Shown: positions 36,120 to 47,582 of the stretch, piece by piece
Position numbering within the stretch: the stretch's first letter is position 1
Layout: each line of letters starts with the position of its first letter
Origin: Octopus sinensis
Taxonomy: Eukaryota
Assembly (NCBI RefSeq): GCF_006345805.1
Contig: NC_043014.1
Span: forward strand, 28,148,001 to 28,212,000
DNA: 64,000 nucleotides
Reading direction: 5' to 3'
Translations under genes and position numbers: made by a program
The notes under the pieces: model-generated
Told to the model about the DNA's origin: nothing
The model's input: the letters and a program-made list of their open reading frames with translations, nothing else
Databases searched by the model: none

Positions 36120-38079
36120 TTTGTCATGGTTCAAAGTCAATCTTTCCATATTTCATGTTTCTAGATGATTTATCTTCACTAATGTAAATTAAAACTTGCT
36201 TGTTGAATTCCTTCAATGATTAGCTTAACATGGAGTAATATTTTTGCATCATAAATGACAACAAAAGAGACTTTAAAATATTTTGCCAGACATTTCAAAT
36301 TGGTAGTGGGATTTGCAGAATAGGTTAATTAGTGAAAGAAGATGCTTTGGAGTATTTTATTATGTCCCTTGCACACATAGGTTTCAAATCTTGCCAAGGT
36401 GAATTTTTAACTTTTACGTTCTGTGGTTGATAAAAATAAGTAACAGTGGTAACATACTGACATTTGTTATAACACCCTCTACTTAAAAATGATCAACAGC
36501 AGTGGCTAAAAAATGGTCAGTATTTTCTTTCTATTAGAATAAGAATTGAGTAAGCCTAAAACAGCTTTTTAATATTTTCTAGGAACAATCACTATTTATT
36601 TCAATTTTTGTCAGTTTTCATTTTTAAGTTGCTTTTTTTTTTGTCTTTTTATATATATATAGTTTCTAGTAGTAAACTTTCTTTTGAATTCATTATTGAA
36701 TTCTTTTTATTGTATCATTTTATTTTTGCTTTTAGAATTGTTTTAATTATTTTTTTAACTTATCAAGCATCATAACTACATTTAATTAACTTTGTTTAAT
36801 GAAGTAGCCATCTGAAAACAATGCCTTTCTTCAAAAGAAAGGCTTTGGATTTATAAGGGAATGGAAATGAGATTGCAAAACACTTGTGTGTTATGACAAA
36901 TGAATTGAAATGATTTCCTATTGGAAATGGATACAATAGATCAGAATTGGCTCACCAGGAGCTTTCTGCTTAGGATGTTTATATGTAATGTGGTCAACTC
37001 ACTTTTCATATAACTAAACAATTTCAATCAACAAGATTGTTGATACATTGTTTTTAGTCTTATTATTTTCCCTCTTTTGATTGTCAGTTTACTGCAGGTA
37101 AATTCTCAGTAAACTTGTGCTCTAAATTGGTTTTGTTTTCTGTTTAAAACTGTTTGTCTTAAAAAGAAGACATTGCCAGTTTCTCTTTGGATGATCTGGG
37201 ATGTCATATTCTGTTTGTAGACTGCATTGTCATCTGTAAAAAAAAGAAAGAAATTATATGAAGAGCAGTTGGTAAGCTACTGACCGCTCATTTGTGAGTC
37301 TCAATTCAGTTGAGACATTGTGTTGTCTTAGAATAAGACATCTAATCTTTATGTTCCTATGATTTCATGTTTAATATTTAATACATTCTTACATATGTAT
37401 TATGCTACATACATGTATACTTTCATGGGTACTGATCTCAATGGTGCAGTATTGAGTTCTTGGTGAAGATTCACTTCTCAAAGCTCTCAAGAAAATCCTG
37501 AATGTTTACATCTAATCTTCTTCTTATTACTGATGTAATAAACCATTGTTAATTTGTTTTTTTAATGACTTAACTAAACATGTGCTATGCACAAATCACT
37601 ATATAGAAACCTTTCTTCAGTTCTATATGCATTAACCAAGAGTCTTTTGTTGGTGTAATTTTTTCCTTTGTATTTTTTGTTTGTTTTGTTACCTATTAGA
37701 AACCTGTTGGTGAGGCTGTAACCCAACGTTGTTGTACTAATTCTGCTCTGATAAACATCAACTAGTATTTTATACACACACACACACTCATGCAAATATA
37801 CATGATATTAAATATATTTATAACTTCACTAACAGTTTTCAATTTTTCCTCAAGTTGACTTCAATTGGGATGCACTGATTTTTCTTCTTTTTATTGTCTT
37901 TTTTAAATGTTATTTTTATTTTGTCTTGCTAAAGTAATAAAGATCTTCATTTGTTTTTATTTTAAAATTAAATTTTATTTTTAAGAAATGCACAACACAC
38001 TTTTATTTTACTATAAATAGATTGAAATCAGAAAGCAACTTGCAGACTAGTTGAAGAAGCTCCCTTCACATGTACATAT

Positions 38080-38240
38080 ATATATGACTGCTTTCACTTT
38101 CCATCTACCAAGTTCACTCATAAGGCTTTGATCAGCCTGAGGCTATAGTAGAAGACACTTGCCCTAGGTACCATGCAGTGGGACTGAACCCAGAACCATG
38201 TGGCTGGGTAGTAAGGTTCTTACCACTCAGCCATGCCTGC
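38080..38240 (-). mobile_element. tRNA-derived SINE family C, 5' part
   Basis: Reverse complement of ggctgagtggtaag...ggttcagtcccactgcatggtacc..ggcaagtgtcttctactatag. Confidence 0.8.
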
Positions 38241-38303
38241 ACACACACATGCACGCACACACACACACACACATAAAATGATTTCTTTATTTGTGAATTA
38301 AGT

Positions 38304-38436
38304 CTACCATTGGTTTCATGTTAAGAAAAATAGGCAAATATCTTAATATCTCAACAATTTTTCAAGCTGATCACATGGAGAAACGTTAAGATATTAAAAT
38401 AATTCCCTATCTTTCTTAGCATGAAACCAATGGTAG
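38304..38436. repeat. MITE-like hairpin with 31-bp inverted arms
   Basis: ctaccattggtttcatgttaagaaaaatagg (38304-38334) vs cctatctttcttagcatgaaaccaatggtag (38406-38436): 2 mismatches, plus an inner aatatcttaa/ttaagatatt pair. Confidence 0.85.
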
Positions 38437-38747
38437 CTTTAATTCACAAATTAAGAAATTTTGTCCACACCTTTTAGAGTGTTGTTTTCATAACTAATAA
38501 ATTTTATATTATATTTCATTGAACAATATTTTTGTTAGCAACAGTGTCAAAGGCTTATATATGCCACTCAGTGAAGTACAAAAACCACATAGAGTATATT
38601 TATTTGATAGCATGTTTTCAGAGGGGATTTTCCCACTCGCATTTACATCTATTATCAACTCACATACACACACTACAGTTACTCTTATACTCCATTTTTC
38701 ACCTATGACACTTGTCAAAATATGTTTTTTTCCATAGTTTCATGAAA

Positions 38748-38978
38748 CATCATCATTTAACCTCCACTTTTTCATGCTTGTATGGGTTGGACAGAGTTTA
38801 TTTGAGGCAGGATTTTTAGTTAGATGCCCTTTCTGTTGCCCACCCTCACCTGTTTCCAAGCAAGGTAATATTTTCCCATGGTCAAACATGTTCTCGCAGA
38901 ATATTGGAAATAAATGGCATTGCATGTATGACAGTGACACTCATTTACAACTATCACATGATGTCAATACAAGGAGAC
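38748..38978 (-). mobile_element. RTE-tail-bearing short repeat (variant subfamily)
   Basis: catcatcatttaacctccac..catgcttgtatgggttggacag, then cctgtttccaagcaaggtaat shared with 41790-41870. Confidence 0.65.
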
Positions 38979-39023
38979 CATGACTCATTCTCGCACTCAC
39001 ACACACATACATATACATGCATA

Positions 39024-39150
39024 ATGAGCTTCTTTCAGTTTCCGTCTATCATTAGGCTTTGGTCAGCCTGAGACTATATAGTAGAAGGCACTTGCTCAAG
39101 GTGCTATACAGTGAGACAACCTAGTGGTTGGGAAGCAAAGTTCTTCCCCA
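39024..39150 (-). mobile_element. SINE family C fragment
   Basis: cttctttcagtttccgtcta..ggctttggtcagcctgag..gcacttgctcaaggtgc. Confidence 0.7.
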
Positions 39151-39408
39151 CACATATACTTCAACATGTATATGCAAATACTCATAAAAAAAACTCAAAA
39201 AAGTATAAAGAAAAAACAAAACAAAAAAAAACAACTATGATTCTACCTTCCACTGAATATAGCTGAGTGAGCAGAGATAAATTTTGCTTTGTTTCATTTG
39301 TTGGATCATCTTTTAGTAAAATATAACCACAATAAATGGTAAGACAGAAAGTAACATCAATAGTTTATGAAATAGTTGTAATGTCCTTTACTGCAGAGAA
39401 AGGCTTTT

Positions 39409-39798
39409 ATCTTTTTACTCTTTTACTTGTTTCAGTCATTTGACTGTGACCATGCTGGGGCACTGCCTGTAGTCGAATAAATCGAGCCCAGGACTTATTC
39501 TTTGTAAGCCTAATACTTATTCTATTGGTCTCTTTTGCCAAACTGCTAAGTTATAGGGAAGTAGATGCACCAACATCGGTTGTCAAGTGATGGTGGTGGG
39601 ACAAACACAGTCACACAAAACAATATGTACATATATAACGGGCTTCTTTCGGTTTCTGTCTACCAAATCCACTCACGAGGCTTTGGTTGGCCTGAGGCTA
39701 TATAGCATACATTCGCCTAAGGTACCATGCTGTGGGACTGAACTTGGAACCATGTAGTTGGGAAGCAAGCTTCTTACCTCACAACCACTCCTATGCCT
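39409..39798 (-). mobile_element. Full-length tRNA-derived SINE family C
   Basis: Reverse complement of the 54578 and 63476 copies, including the cttttactcttttacttgtttcagtcatttgactg tail. Confidence 0.88.
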
Positions 39799-40134
39799 CA
39801 TCATTAGACAAATATTAAGAGCTGCAGTTATATCACTGAGCTAATGAACCAATGGTGAACTTCTGTGTGGATGTTCAATTTGCTAAAGATAATGACACTG
39901 TAAATGTAGTTTTAGTTATATATTATGTCTGTGTAAAAAAAATTAACTGACAAAAAGAGTGGATTTAATTATGGGTCTGCTTGTTCAGAGATGACAAGGA
40001 GCTAAACAACACAGCTTGTATTGTGGGAGTCATTTGACCAACTTGTATGAATGTAGAGTTGATAGTCTTTCTCTTTCATATGACATATTTCTGCCAACCT
40101 CATACAATCAGCAACAGTATTTTTTCTCTCTGAT

Positions 40135-40830
40135 CATTCAGATTACTTTATCAAATGTTATGCTTATATATTAACATTGTTTTAAACTAATCCTGTATTT
40201 TGTAGATTCAAGATTTTGAATGATATGATTGTTTACTTTTGGTACGACCTTGTAGGGTAGGACAGAATATTCAGGCCAGATATGACTGGTTTAAATGCTA
40301 AAGGGTTAAACATACAGAAAACTTAGTGTATAAAAATTGACAGCTAAAAAAGACTATTAACCCCTTAACATTGAGGTTACTCTTTCAAATGAAATGCTTA
40401 TTTATTCATTTTCATTTTGAATTAACATAGCTTCAAAATTTCAATGATGTGATTGTTTATTTTTACAATGTTGTTGGGTAAGTGTAAGAGACTGGATCTA
40501 GTTGAATATTTGAGCCAGTTTAAATGCTGAAGTGTGAAAGTTTGGTTTGCTTAATATATTTGTGACTAGTTGAATATAAATTCTCAATAGTTAAAGGTAA
40601 AAAATGCTGAATTTTAACCCTTTAGCATTTAAACCAGCCATATCCAGTCCAAATATTCTTCCTGTTTCATGTTCAAACTAATTAGAACTGGCCTCTCACA
40701 TCTACCCTACAGTGTCATTCCAAAAATCTATCATGTCATTGAAATATTTAAGTTACAAGAAAATGCAGCATTAATTCAAAACAATGTAAATAAACAAAGT
40801 TTATATTTAATAAAGTAATCTGAATGCTAA
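40135..40830. mobile_element. Cluster of three piggyBac-like MITEs (40135-40309 +, 40357-40538 +, 40614-40830 -)
   Basis: Shared body and TIR ttaaccc(t)ttagcatt / aatgctaaagggttaa; the third copy is inverted. Confidence 0.85.
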
Positions 40831-41593
40831 ATTACCAAGATGTGTTAAATTATTAAGATTTAAAATTACTAAGTTATAGATTACTGAGACAGAACTAACC
40901 AATAAAAGTATCTAATGAATCCTAGGAAAGTAAGAAAACACTTGTAGCCTTTCAGTTTTGCACAAAGCATTTGTTGTACTGACAAGTTCTTACAAATAAT
41001 CGGACCCTTATGAAATTTAAGGAAATGAATTCTGTGTTTCCAAGAATCTAATGCAACTCAACAATAGCTTGATAATTTAACTTTTTCTACCTTTGAAGCT
41101 TCTAAGAAAGAAAAAAAATGCAGAGATTGTATGACAAAAGGAATGGTGTCTGTACTTGATAAATATTTCATTATCTCATGGATACAAGCCCTGTAGAAAT
41201 AAATAAATGAATAAAATGGTCTCCTACTGGTAGACAGTTGAAGAGGAATATATCTGCCCCCTCACCCAGTTGTTCTTAACCTAAACAGTAATGCTACTTT
41301 TGGGGGTGTTCTGTGCTCAGAGGAGAGAGGTGTTAGGTGTTGAGAGGGATCATGGTTTTTCTTTAAAATATATTTGAACTAGGAATAATACTTAGATTAT
41401 TTTGAAAATGTATTTAAAATAATTTGTTAGGATTAGAATATGAGTAAGACAGTTTTATCAATGAGCAGAAATATGACAACATATTTCGTTATATGTTGTC
41501 ACCTTTTTTTTTAATGATTTCCATAAAAATTTCATGTATGGAGCACTAGTCTTTATAAATATCTAAAAAGAAACACTTGCTATATGAAACCCA

Positions 41594-41870
41594 ACATCAT
41601 CAATTAATATTTGTTTTCCATCATGGCATGGGTTGAATGGTTCAAGAGGATCTGGCTAGCCTGCGGGCTGCATTGGTCTCCAGTGTCTGCTTTGGCATGC
41701 TTTCTATGGTTGAATACCCATCCTTACACCAACCACTTTACTGAGTGCTTTTTTGTGGCACTAGTGAGGTTACCAAGTAATTTGCAGACAGAATTTGTTG
41801 AGGCAGATTTTCAATAGCCAGATACCCTTCCTGTCACCAACACAGACCTGTTTCCAAGCAATGTAATACT
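41594..41870 (-). mobile_element. RTE 3' UTR-derived composite repeat
   Basis: catcatc..ttttccatcatggcatgggttg..gagtgcttttttgtggcac. Confidence 0.65.
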
Positions 41871-42084
41871 CTAGTTTCTTGAACAATGAACACCCCAAAT
41901 GGTCACAAGCCAACTTTTGTTTACATGGATTATACAACATATCAAGAAGCTCAGATGTGCTTTCATGGTTGATTGCAAGCATATGATACCACCTGTTTTT
42001 GTTAGTAGGGCTGTTATTTTTGCTTATTGCCAATGAACACTTATGACAAGGAGAAAATACAAAATTACACAAACATGTATGCAC

Positions 42085-42372
42085 TCATATTTTATCTTGA
42101 AGGGTTTAGTCAAACAAATTGACACATGGACTTACTTTTTTAAGCTTAATACTTACTTTTTCACTTTTTGCTGAACTGCCCTATCACAACACTAGTGGTG
42201 GTGGAAGGGGAACAAATACAAATATGATGGGTTTCTTTCAGTTTCCTTCTACTAAATCCATTCACAAGACTTTAGTCAGCCAGTGAAAGACATGCCCAAG
42301 GTGCTGTGCAGTGGGACTGAACCTAAGACCTCATGATTGAAAAGCAAGCTTCTACCAAATAGCCACACCTGC
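42085..42372 (-). mobile_element. Decayed SINE family C
   Basis: gtttctttcagtttcc..cccaaggtgctgtgcagtgggactgaacc..gcaagcttctacca..agccacacctgc. Confidence 0.7.
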
Positions 42373-42396
42373 ATTTATGTCTACATAAGCCTGTTG

Positions 42397-42398
42397 GG

Positions 42399-42477
<79 letters not shown>

Positions 42478-42482
42478 TATAG
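42397..42482. repeat. (TG)n(TA)n compound microsatellite
   Basis: Seen directly; similar arrays occur at ~10805-10845, 14050-14082, 38240-38275, 42925-42945 and (TTC)n at 45687-45727. Confidence 0.95.
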
Positions 42483-42923
42483 GATCTTACAGATCCAATA
42501 TCTGGAGGGGCTATGTCTTGGAAATCTGCTGGCCCAATGGTTTCCCTTCATGGCAGAATTAATAGTCAAGTCTATTTAAGCATTTTATCTGTTCAAATTC
42601 ATCCTATGTTTGCGGAACTGTTTCCAGAGAGAAATGCAATCTTTCAGGATGATAATGCACCAATTCAGACAGCCAAAGTTGTTACTGAATGGCACAAGGA
42701 ACATTCTAGTGAAGTTGAACATCTTATCTGGCCACCAGTCCCCATATCTCTTTGATATCCTACACCATCATCACTACAAGAACTGGAGACTGTTTTGTCT
42801 GAAGAATGGACAAAAATTCCTTTAGAATTCAAGCTGTAATTACTGCCAAAGGCGGTCTTACCCCATATTAAAATAAATTTGTTTGAAATTTTAAGGTGTT
42901 TCCCTTATTTTGTCCAACCCCTG
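42481..42923 (+). mobile_element. Tc1-family transposon 3' remnant with right TIR
   Basis: SWKSAGPMVSLHGRINSQVYLSIL..IFQDDNAPIQTAK..LIWPP; ends ttattttgtccaacccctg, a Tc1-like CAGGGG terminus. Confidence 0.85.
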
Positions 42924-43044
42924 CATGTGTGTGTGTGTGTGTGTGATGAATTAAAAAAGAAAGGCAAAACATGAGTGGGACAACTTTTCACAAAGGTATT
43001 ATTAGTTGCATGTTTGGAAAAAAAAAAGGAAAAAGAAAAAAGGT

Positions 43045-43082
43045 TTTTGATGTTTTGACATGAAGTCCTTCATCAGAAAAAA
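43045..43082 (-). ncRNA. Degenerate minimal type-I hammerhead-ribozyme-like motif (Penelope-like element pLTR type)
   Basis: Minus strand reads tttttt-CTGATGA-a-ggac-ttcat-gtc-AAAAC-ATC-aaaaa. Box 1 is intact and stem II is present; GAAA and the ACGT stem III are mutated. Confidence 0.45.
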
Positions 43083-44437
43083 TGAAGAGGAAATGGGAGG
43101 GTGGTGGAAAGGTGAGAAGAAAAATGTTAAAGACAGAGAATGCTGTTCTATGGAGAGGAGTTAAGAAGTGAGCATTGTGTATATATAAAGGAGAGTATCA
43201 ATGTAAGGAGATGGCCATAGGGGTTTGTGAGCGGTGTAGGGTACATTGGCTGGCAGGAGGTGAGTGGAGTGCAGTGAGATGTGAATGTGTAAGAGGTGAG
43301 GCGGCATAGAAGTAGAAAAAATAGTGAGACAAAATAGTTAAAGAAGGTACTGGAAGAGGAAAAGTTACAAAGTGGATAAAGGTGGGAAAATATATAGGTG
43401 AAAAAATTTGAATGTGGAAGAGTAAGTAAAAATGCAGAGAAAAGGAGAACAGAATGGTTAAGAAGTATATATAATGTTTGTGATTACAGAAAAATTGAAA
43501 CTTGCAAAAGGGACAGAGGATTATGAAGAGGTTATAAAGAAAGGTATTATTTTAGTGAAAACAGATATAAGTACAGAGAAAGATAGAATTGTTTTTGAGT
43601 CAATAAAATGGAATAGGAGGGATTATATTTCAATTGGAAAAGAGGAGTTAAAAATAATAGTTATATAAACTGATGATAAAAATTTCAGAGATATTTTAGT
43701 GATAGGTGTAGGACTAAGTTAGCTCCCCTTTTACGCAAAAGAGTTATCTCCCTGTTAGATTTTGCTGCCTCTTGTATTTGAGCTATTCGTAAAATGTTCA
43801 CAACAAATACCAGAAACAGAAAAATTAACTTTCAAGAAATTTTATTTGTGTTGTTAAATTCAGATATATTATTCGAGTGAATGATCCACATTATTAACTG
43901 ATGAATGCCACTTCTATAAAAACGAGACGACAAAGCAAAAAAGAAGTTCTAGAGGCCCTTGTTTTCCCCTAGCACAAGCCTGATCATTCCAACTGTGACC
44001 ACCCTTTCTTTCTAGGACTCTATTATCAGATGTGTTTTATTTTGTCAAATATTTAGGGCAGTGGTTCTGAATCTTTCTATCTTGGTGGTACTTTGGAGAT
44101 CAAATAAAAACATTACTGGTTCACTTTGTGTTAAAATAAACAACAAAAGACATTGAAATGAATTTAAATATAAGACAACTTTAGCCATGAGAGTGAAATG
44201 TAGAACTAAATAATTAATAGTTAGTTCACTACTTCTGATTCGCACTGTGTTGTGCATGAAATATTAAAAAAAAACATACAGAAAATTATAACTTACCTTA
44301 CTTTATTACTCATAATTGTATGTGATGAAATTATGAATGACACCTTTTTCAAGGTACTCCATTCATAAACATTTCTAAAACTTTAAATTATATTTAAACA
44401 ACCAAGAAAGAATTTCGTCATATGCTAGACTTTTTTG

Positions 44438-44568
44438 GTGCTGGTGGTGGTTCAGCAAAAATGACCAATAGAATAAGTTCTAGGCTTCAAAAAAATAAGG
44501 GTCGATTTGTTTGACTAAACCCTTCAAGGCTGTGCCCCAGCAAGGCCACAGTCAAATGAAACAAGTAA
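44438..44568 (+). mobile_element. SINE family C 3' fragment
   Basis: gaccaatagaataagttctaggctt...gccccagcaaggccacagtcaaatgaaacaagtaaa. Confidence 0.7.
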
Positions 44569-44849
44569 ACGATGTCATTATACTTGGGGATGATCATATT
44601 TTTCCAATTCAACACACACACTATAAATTTGGTCTTCACTTCAGCTTTATTATTATCATTTTAGTTTCTTTGTGTCAAATCTCTTTCGTCACATATTCTG
44701 TGACCTCTTCAACGACTCTTTATCCCATGTGTTTCCTCTTGTTCTGCTTATTCCATTTGGAAGAGTTTTGACAAAGAAACTAAAATAATAAAATTAAAGC
44801 TGAAGTGAAGATAAATAATGCGTGTGTTTAATTGGCAAAAGATGACTAT

Positions 44850-45460
44850 CACCAGATATAACAATACCTTCCAGCATCAATCGGTCCTCTCCATTACATC
44901 TCATATTTAAATCATCAGGAGATTGGTGTCTCTGCAGTGATTACAGATGTTTGAATGCCATAACAGTGCCAAACTATTATCTGATCCCTCATGTGCACTA
45001 TTTTTTTGCTTCTTTGCACAGTTATACTATTTTCTCGGAAATTGATTTGGTAGTGCATATAACCAAATTCCTATAGAGCTTGTGAACATTCCTAAAACTG
45101 CCACCACTACTCCTTTCGAGTTATTTGAATTTGCTTGAATACTTTTCAGGTTATGTAAGGCTGCTAGTACCTTTCAACAGATGAAGGCACTTGTGGTTTG
45201 AATTTCGTTTTCCCCTATACTGATAATTTATTGATAGCTAGTTCTACAGAAGAATATTTAGAACATCTGCAACAACTTTTTATGTGCCCGTTGCAATACA
45301 AATTTGACATCAATCTCAGTAAATGTCTTTTTGGTGTTTCTTCTCTTACTTTTCTCAGACATACCATTGATAAAGTTGGGATAATCCTTTACCATCTAAA
45401 GTGGAAGCTATTCATAATTACCTATTCCTCGTTCCTTATGAAAATTGTGAGAATTTCTTG
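44850..45460 (+). mobile_element. Decayed Ty3/Gypsy reverse transcriptase remnant
   Basis: SPLHLI.KSSGDWCLCSDYRCLNAIT..YLIP..FSEIDLV.AYNQIP..KTATTTPF..FPYTDNLLIAS..EHLQQLF..KCLFG..SKVEAI. Confidence 0.85.
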
Positions 45461-45468
45461 AACTAGAC

Positions 45469-45623
45469 CAGTGGTTCCCAACCTGTTGTCTGTGGACTCC
45501 TGGTGGTCTGCAAAGGTAGCACTAGGGGTCCATGAACATGTTAAGTTGACAGATCCTGGAGTCCATGAGAAAACTCATTTAAATAAAAGGGGTCCTTGGT
45601 AGTGAAAAGGTTGGGAACCACTG
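45469..45623. mobile_element. hAT (Charlie-like) MITE, 155 bp, with 8-bp TSD AACTAGAC
   Basis: Perfect 16-bp TIRs cagtggttcccaacct / aggttgggaaccactg; TSD at 45461-45468 and 45624-45631. Confidence 0.95.
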
Positions 45624-47027
45624 AACTAGACTGTTAGCATCGATCTGGTTAAGAGAGCATTTTTGGATCCATCTACCGAGCAACGACATTCTTCTTCTTC
45701 TTCTTCTTCTTCTTCTTCTTCTCCTCCTCTATATGTTGACCCACCATCTGCAGATCCTACACATCCCAGTTTGTGTTACGCAAAGTGGAAGAAATGTACA
45801 TTGGCCAGCCAAGTCTGTACAAACATTTTATTTTTAATTCTGTGGTTTATACGGCAGTTATTGGTTAATGCATTCTGTGCACATTATTTTTTTTTGTACC
45901 CAACCTTTTTCAATATATACTGATCTTATTGCCATTTGTTCACTTTTTTTTTATAACATTCAAGATCAGTCTGACATTTCACTTTTCAACCATCTGCACC
46001 TATTTGTATGTTCATTTTTTATATAATTTGCACATTACATTTTTTGCCTATATTTTGGCATTTTCTTTGTACATTCTGCTACACCCTTTTTTTAAAATCT
46101 TTGTTGTACATTTTTCTGCAACAAATGTTCTTGCATGGGAGTTCTCTAGCAGAACTGTTTAACACATTCATTTTATTGTAATATTAGACATCTTGTCAAT
46201 TTGGCTGTTTTAACCTTAATACTGGAGAATTGGTTCACCAGAGCTTGTCTTAGCATCAAGTCACATGACCCAGTTGTTAGCCAATTTAGTTGCAGGTATT
46301 GGTCAGATTTTACTGTCCAATTGTGTGTTTGCAACAGAGTTTGTTCCCAACACAGGAAAAACCAATTTTTACCTGTGGAGCCTACCCATGGTTATATAAA
46401 CACGAGTTTCTGCTGTGCTTTGTCTTTGGACCAGCCGCTAATGACAAACACCAGCCAGTCTCACAGCTTTCTTCATCCAGTGTCACCTGTCTTCATCATA
46501 GCGGCAACAGTAGACCACAGCCACATTATTGGACCTAACAGAACTGAAGTCATTTGAATGTTTGTTCCAGACTGTATCATTAACATCATTCCCTTTGGCA
46601 ATCTTCTGTTATTATTTTCAACTTATTAAAATCTTATCGCTCTTCTTTCCACACCATATCATTATAAATGTTGACCTAGGAACATCTTCACATTATACCC
46701 TCTTTAGTTTTTGAAATTCCTAGAAAAAAAAACGTCTTTAAAGAAATTCTCTGGGCTTTTGTAATCTGATAACTAACAGGTATCCAATAAAAATTTCGTC
46801 AGATGCCTTCTTATATATTCTGTTCAATTTAGAGTTGGTTGAATCAGAATTCTCACATTCTTCAATATACTCAAAGATGCTGAAGTTTGCACAACCTATT
46901 GTTTTGTACAGTATTGTGTCCTCATAGTTTTTAATGTAATTCAGAAAAAAACAAAAAAACCTAATGTTGATGATCCTTGGGTGAGCCAGAGTCAATGTCT
47001 AAGCATTTAGACATCCATGCTGTCTCA

Positions 47028-47582
47028 TGAAGGCACATGGCTTAGTGGTTCAGGTATTCAGCTGATGATCATACGGTCGTGAGTTTGATTCCCAGCGGTG
47101 CATTGTGCTCTTGAGCAAGACGCTTTATTTCTTGTTGCCACAGTACATTCAGCTGGCAAAAATGAGTAGTATCTGTATTTCAAAGGACCAGCCTTATCAA
47201 ATTCTGTGTCATGCTGAATCTCCCCAAGAACTACTTTAACCCTTTAGTGTTCAGATTATTCTGTCAAATGTGATGTTTGTTTATTTAAAATGGTTTGAAT
47301 TAATCATGCATTATCTTGTAGTTTAGAGATTTCAGTGATGCGATTTTTTAAGTTTTAGAATGACATTGTAGGGCTGAGGTGAGAGGCGAGATCTGGTCAG
47401 TTTCAATATAAAAGAGGTTAAATATTTTGGCCAGATATGGCTGGTTTGAATGCTAAAGGGTTAAGGGTATGCATGAAAGTGGAGTGCTCAGCCACTTGCA
47501 CGTTAATTTCATGAGCAGGCAGCTGTTCCCCTGATGGGATCAACTCGAACCCTTGTCATTGTAACTGACAGATTGCCAGTTT
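47028..47582 (+). mobile_element. tRNA-derived SINE family D, interrupted by a MITE
   Basis: A-box-like tggcttagtggtt, B-box-like gagtttgattccc, core tgtgctcttgagcaagacgctttattt; the body resumes after 47464. Confidence 0.85.
47236..47464 (+). mobile_element. piggyBac-like MITE nested at a duplicated TTAA
   Basis: aactact-TTAA-ccctttag...aatgctaaaggg-TTAA-gggtatgc. Confidence 0.92.

Noticed and set aside
32620-38000. HYOU1 polyadenylation site (ATTAAA ~32833; AATAAA ~33608, ~37536, ~37936)
   Set aside because: Several candidates in AT-rich DNA; cannot choose without 3'-end data.
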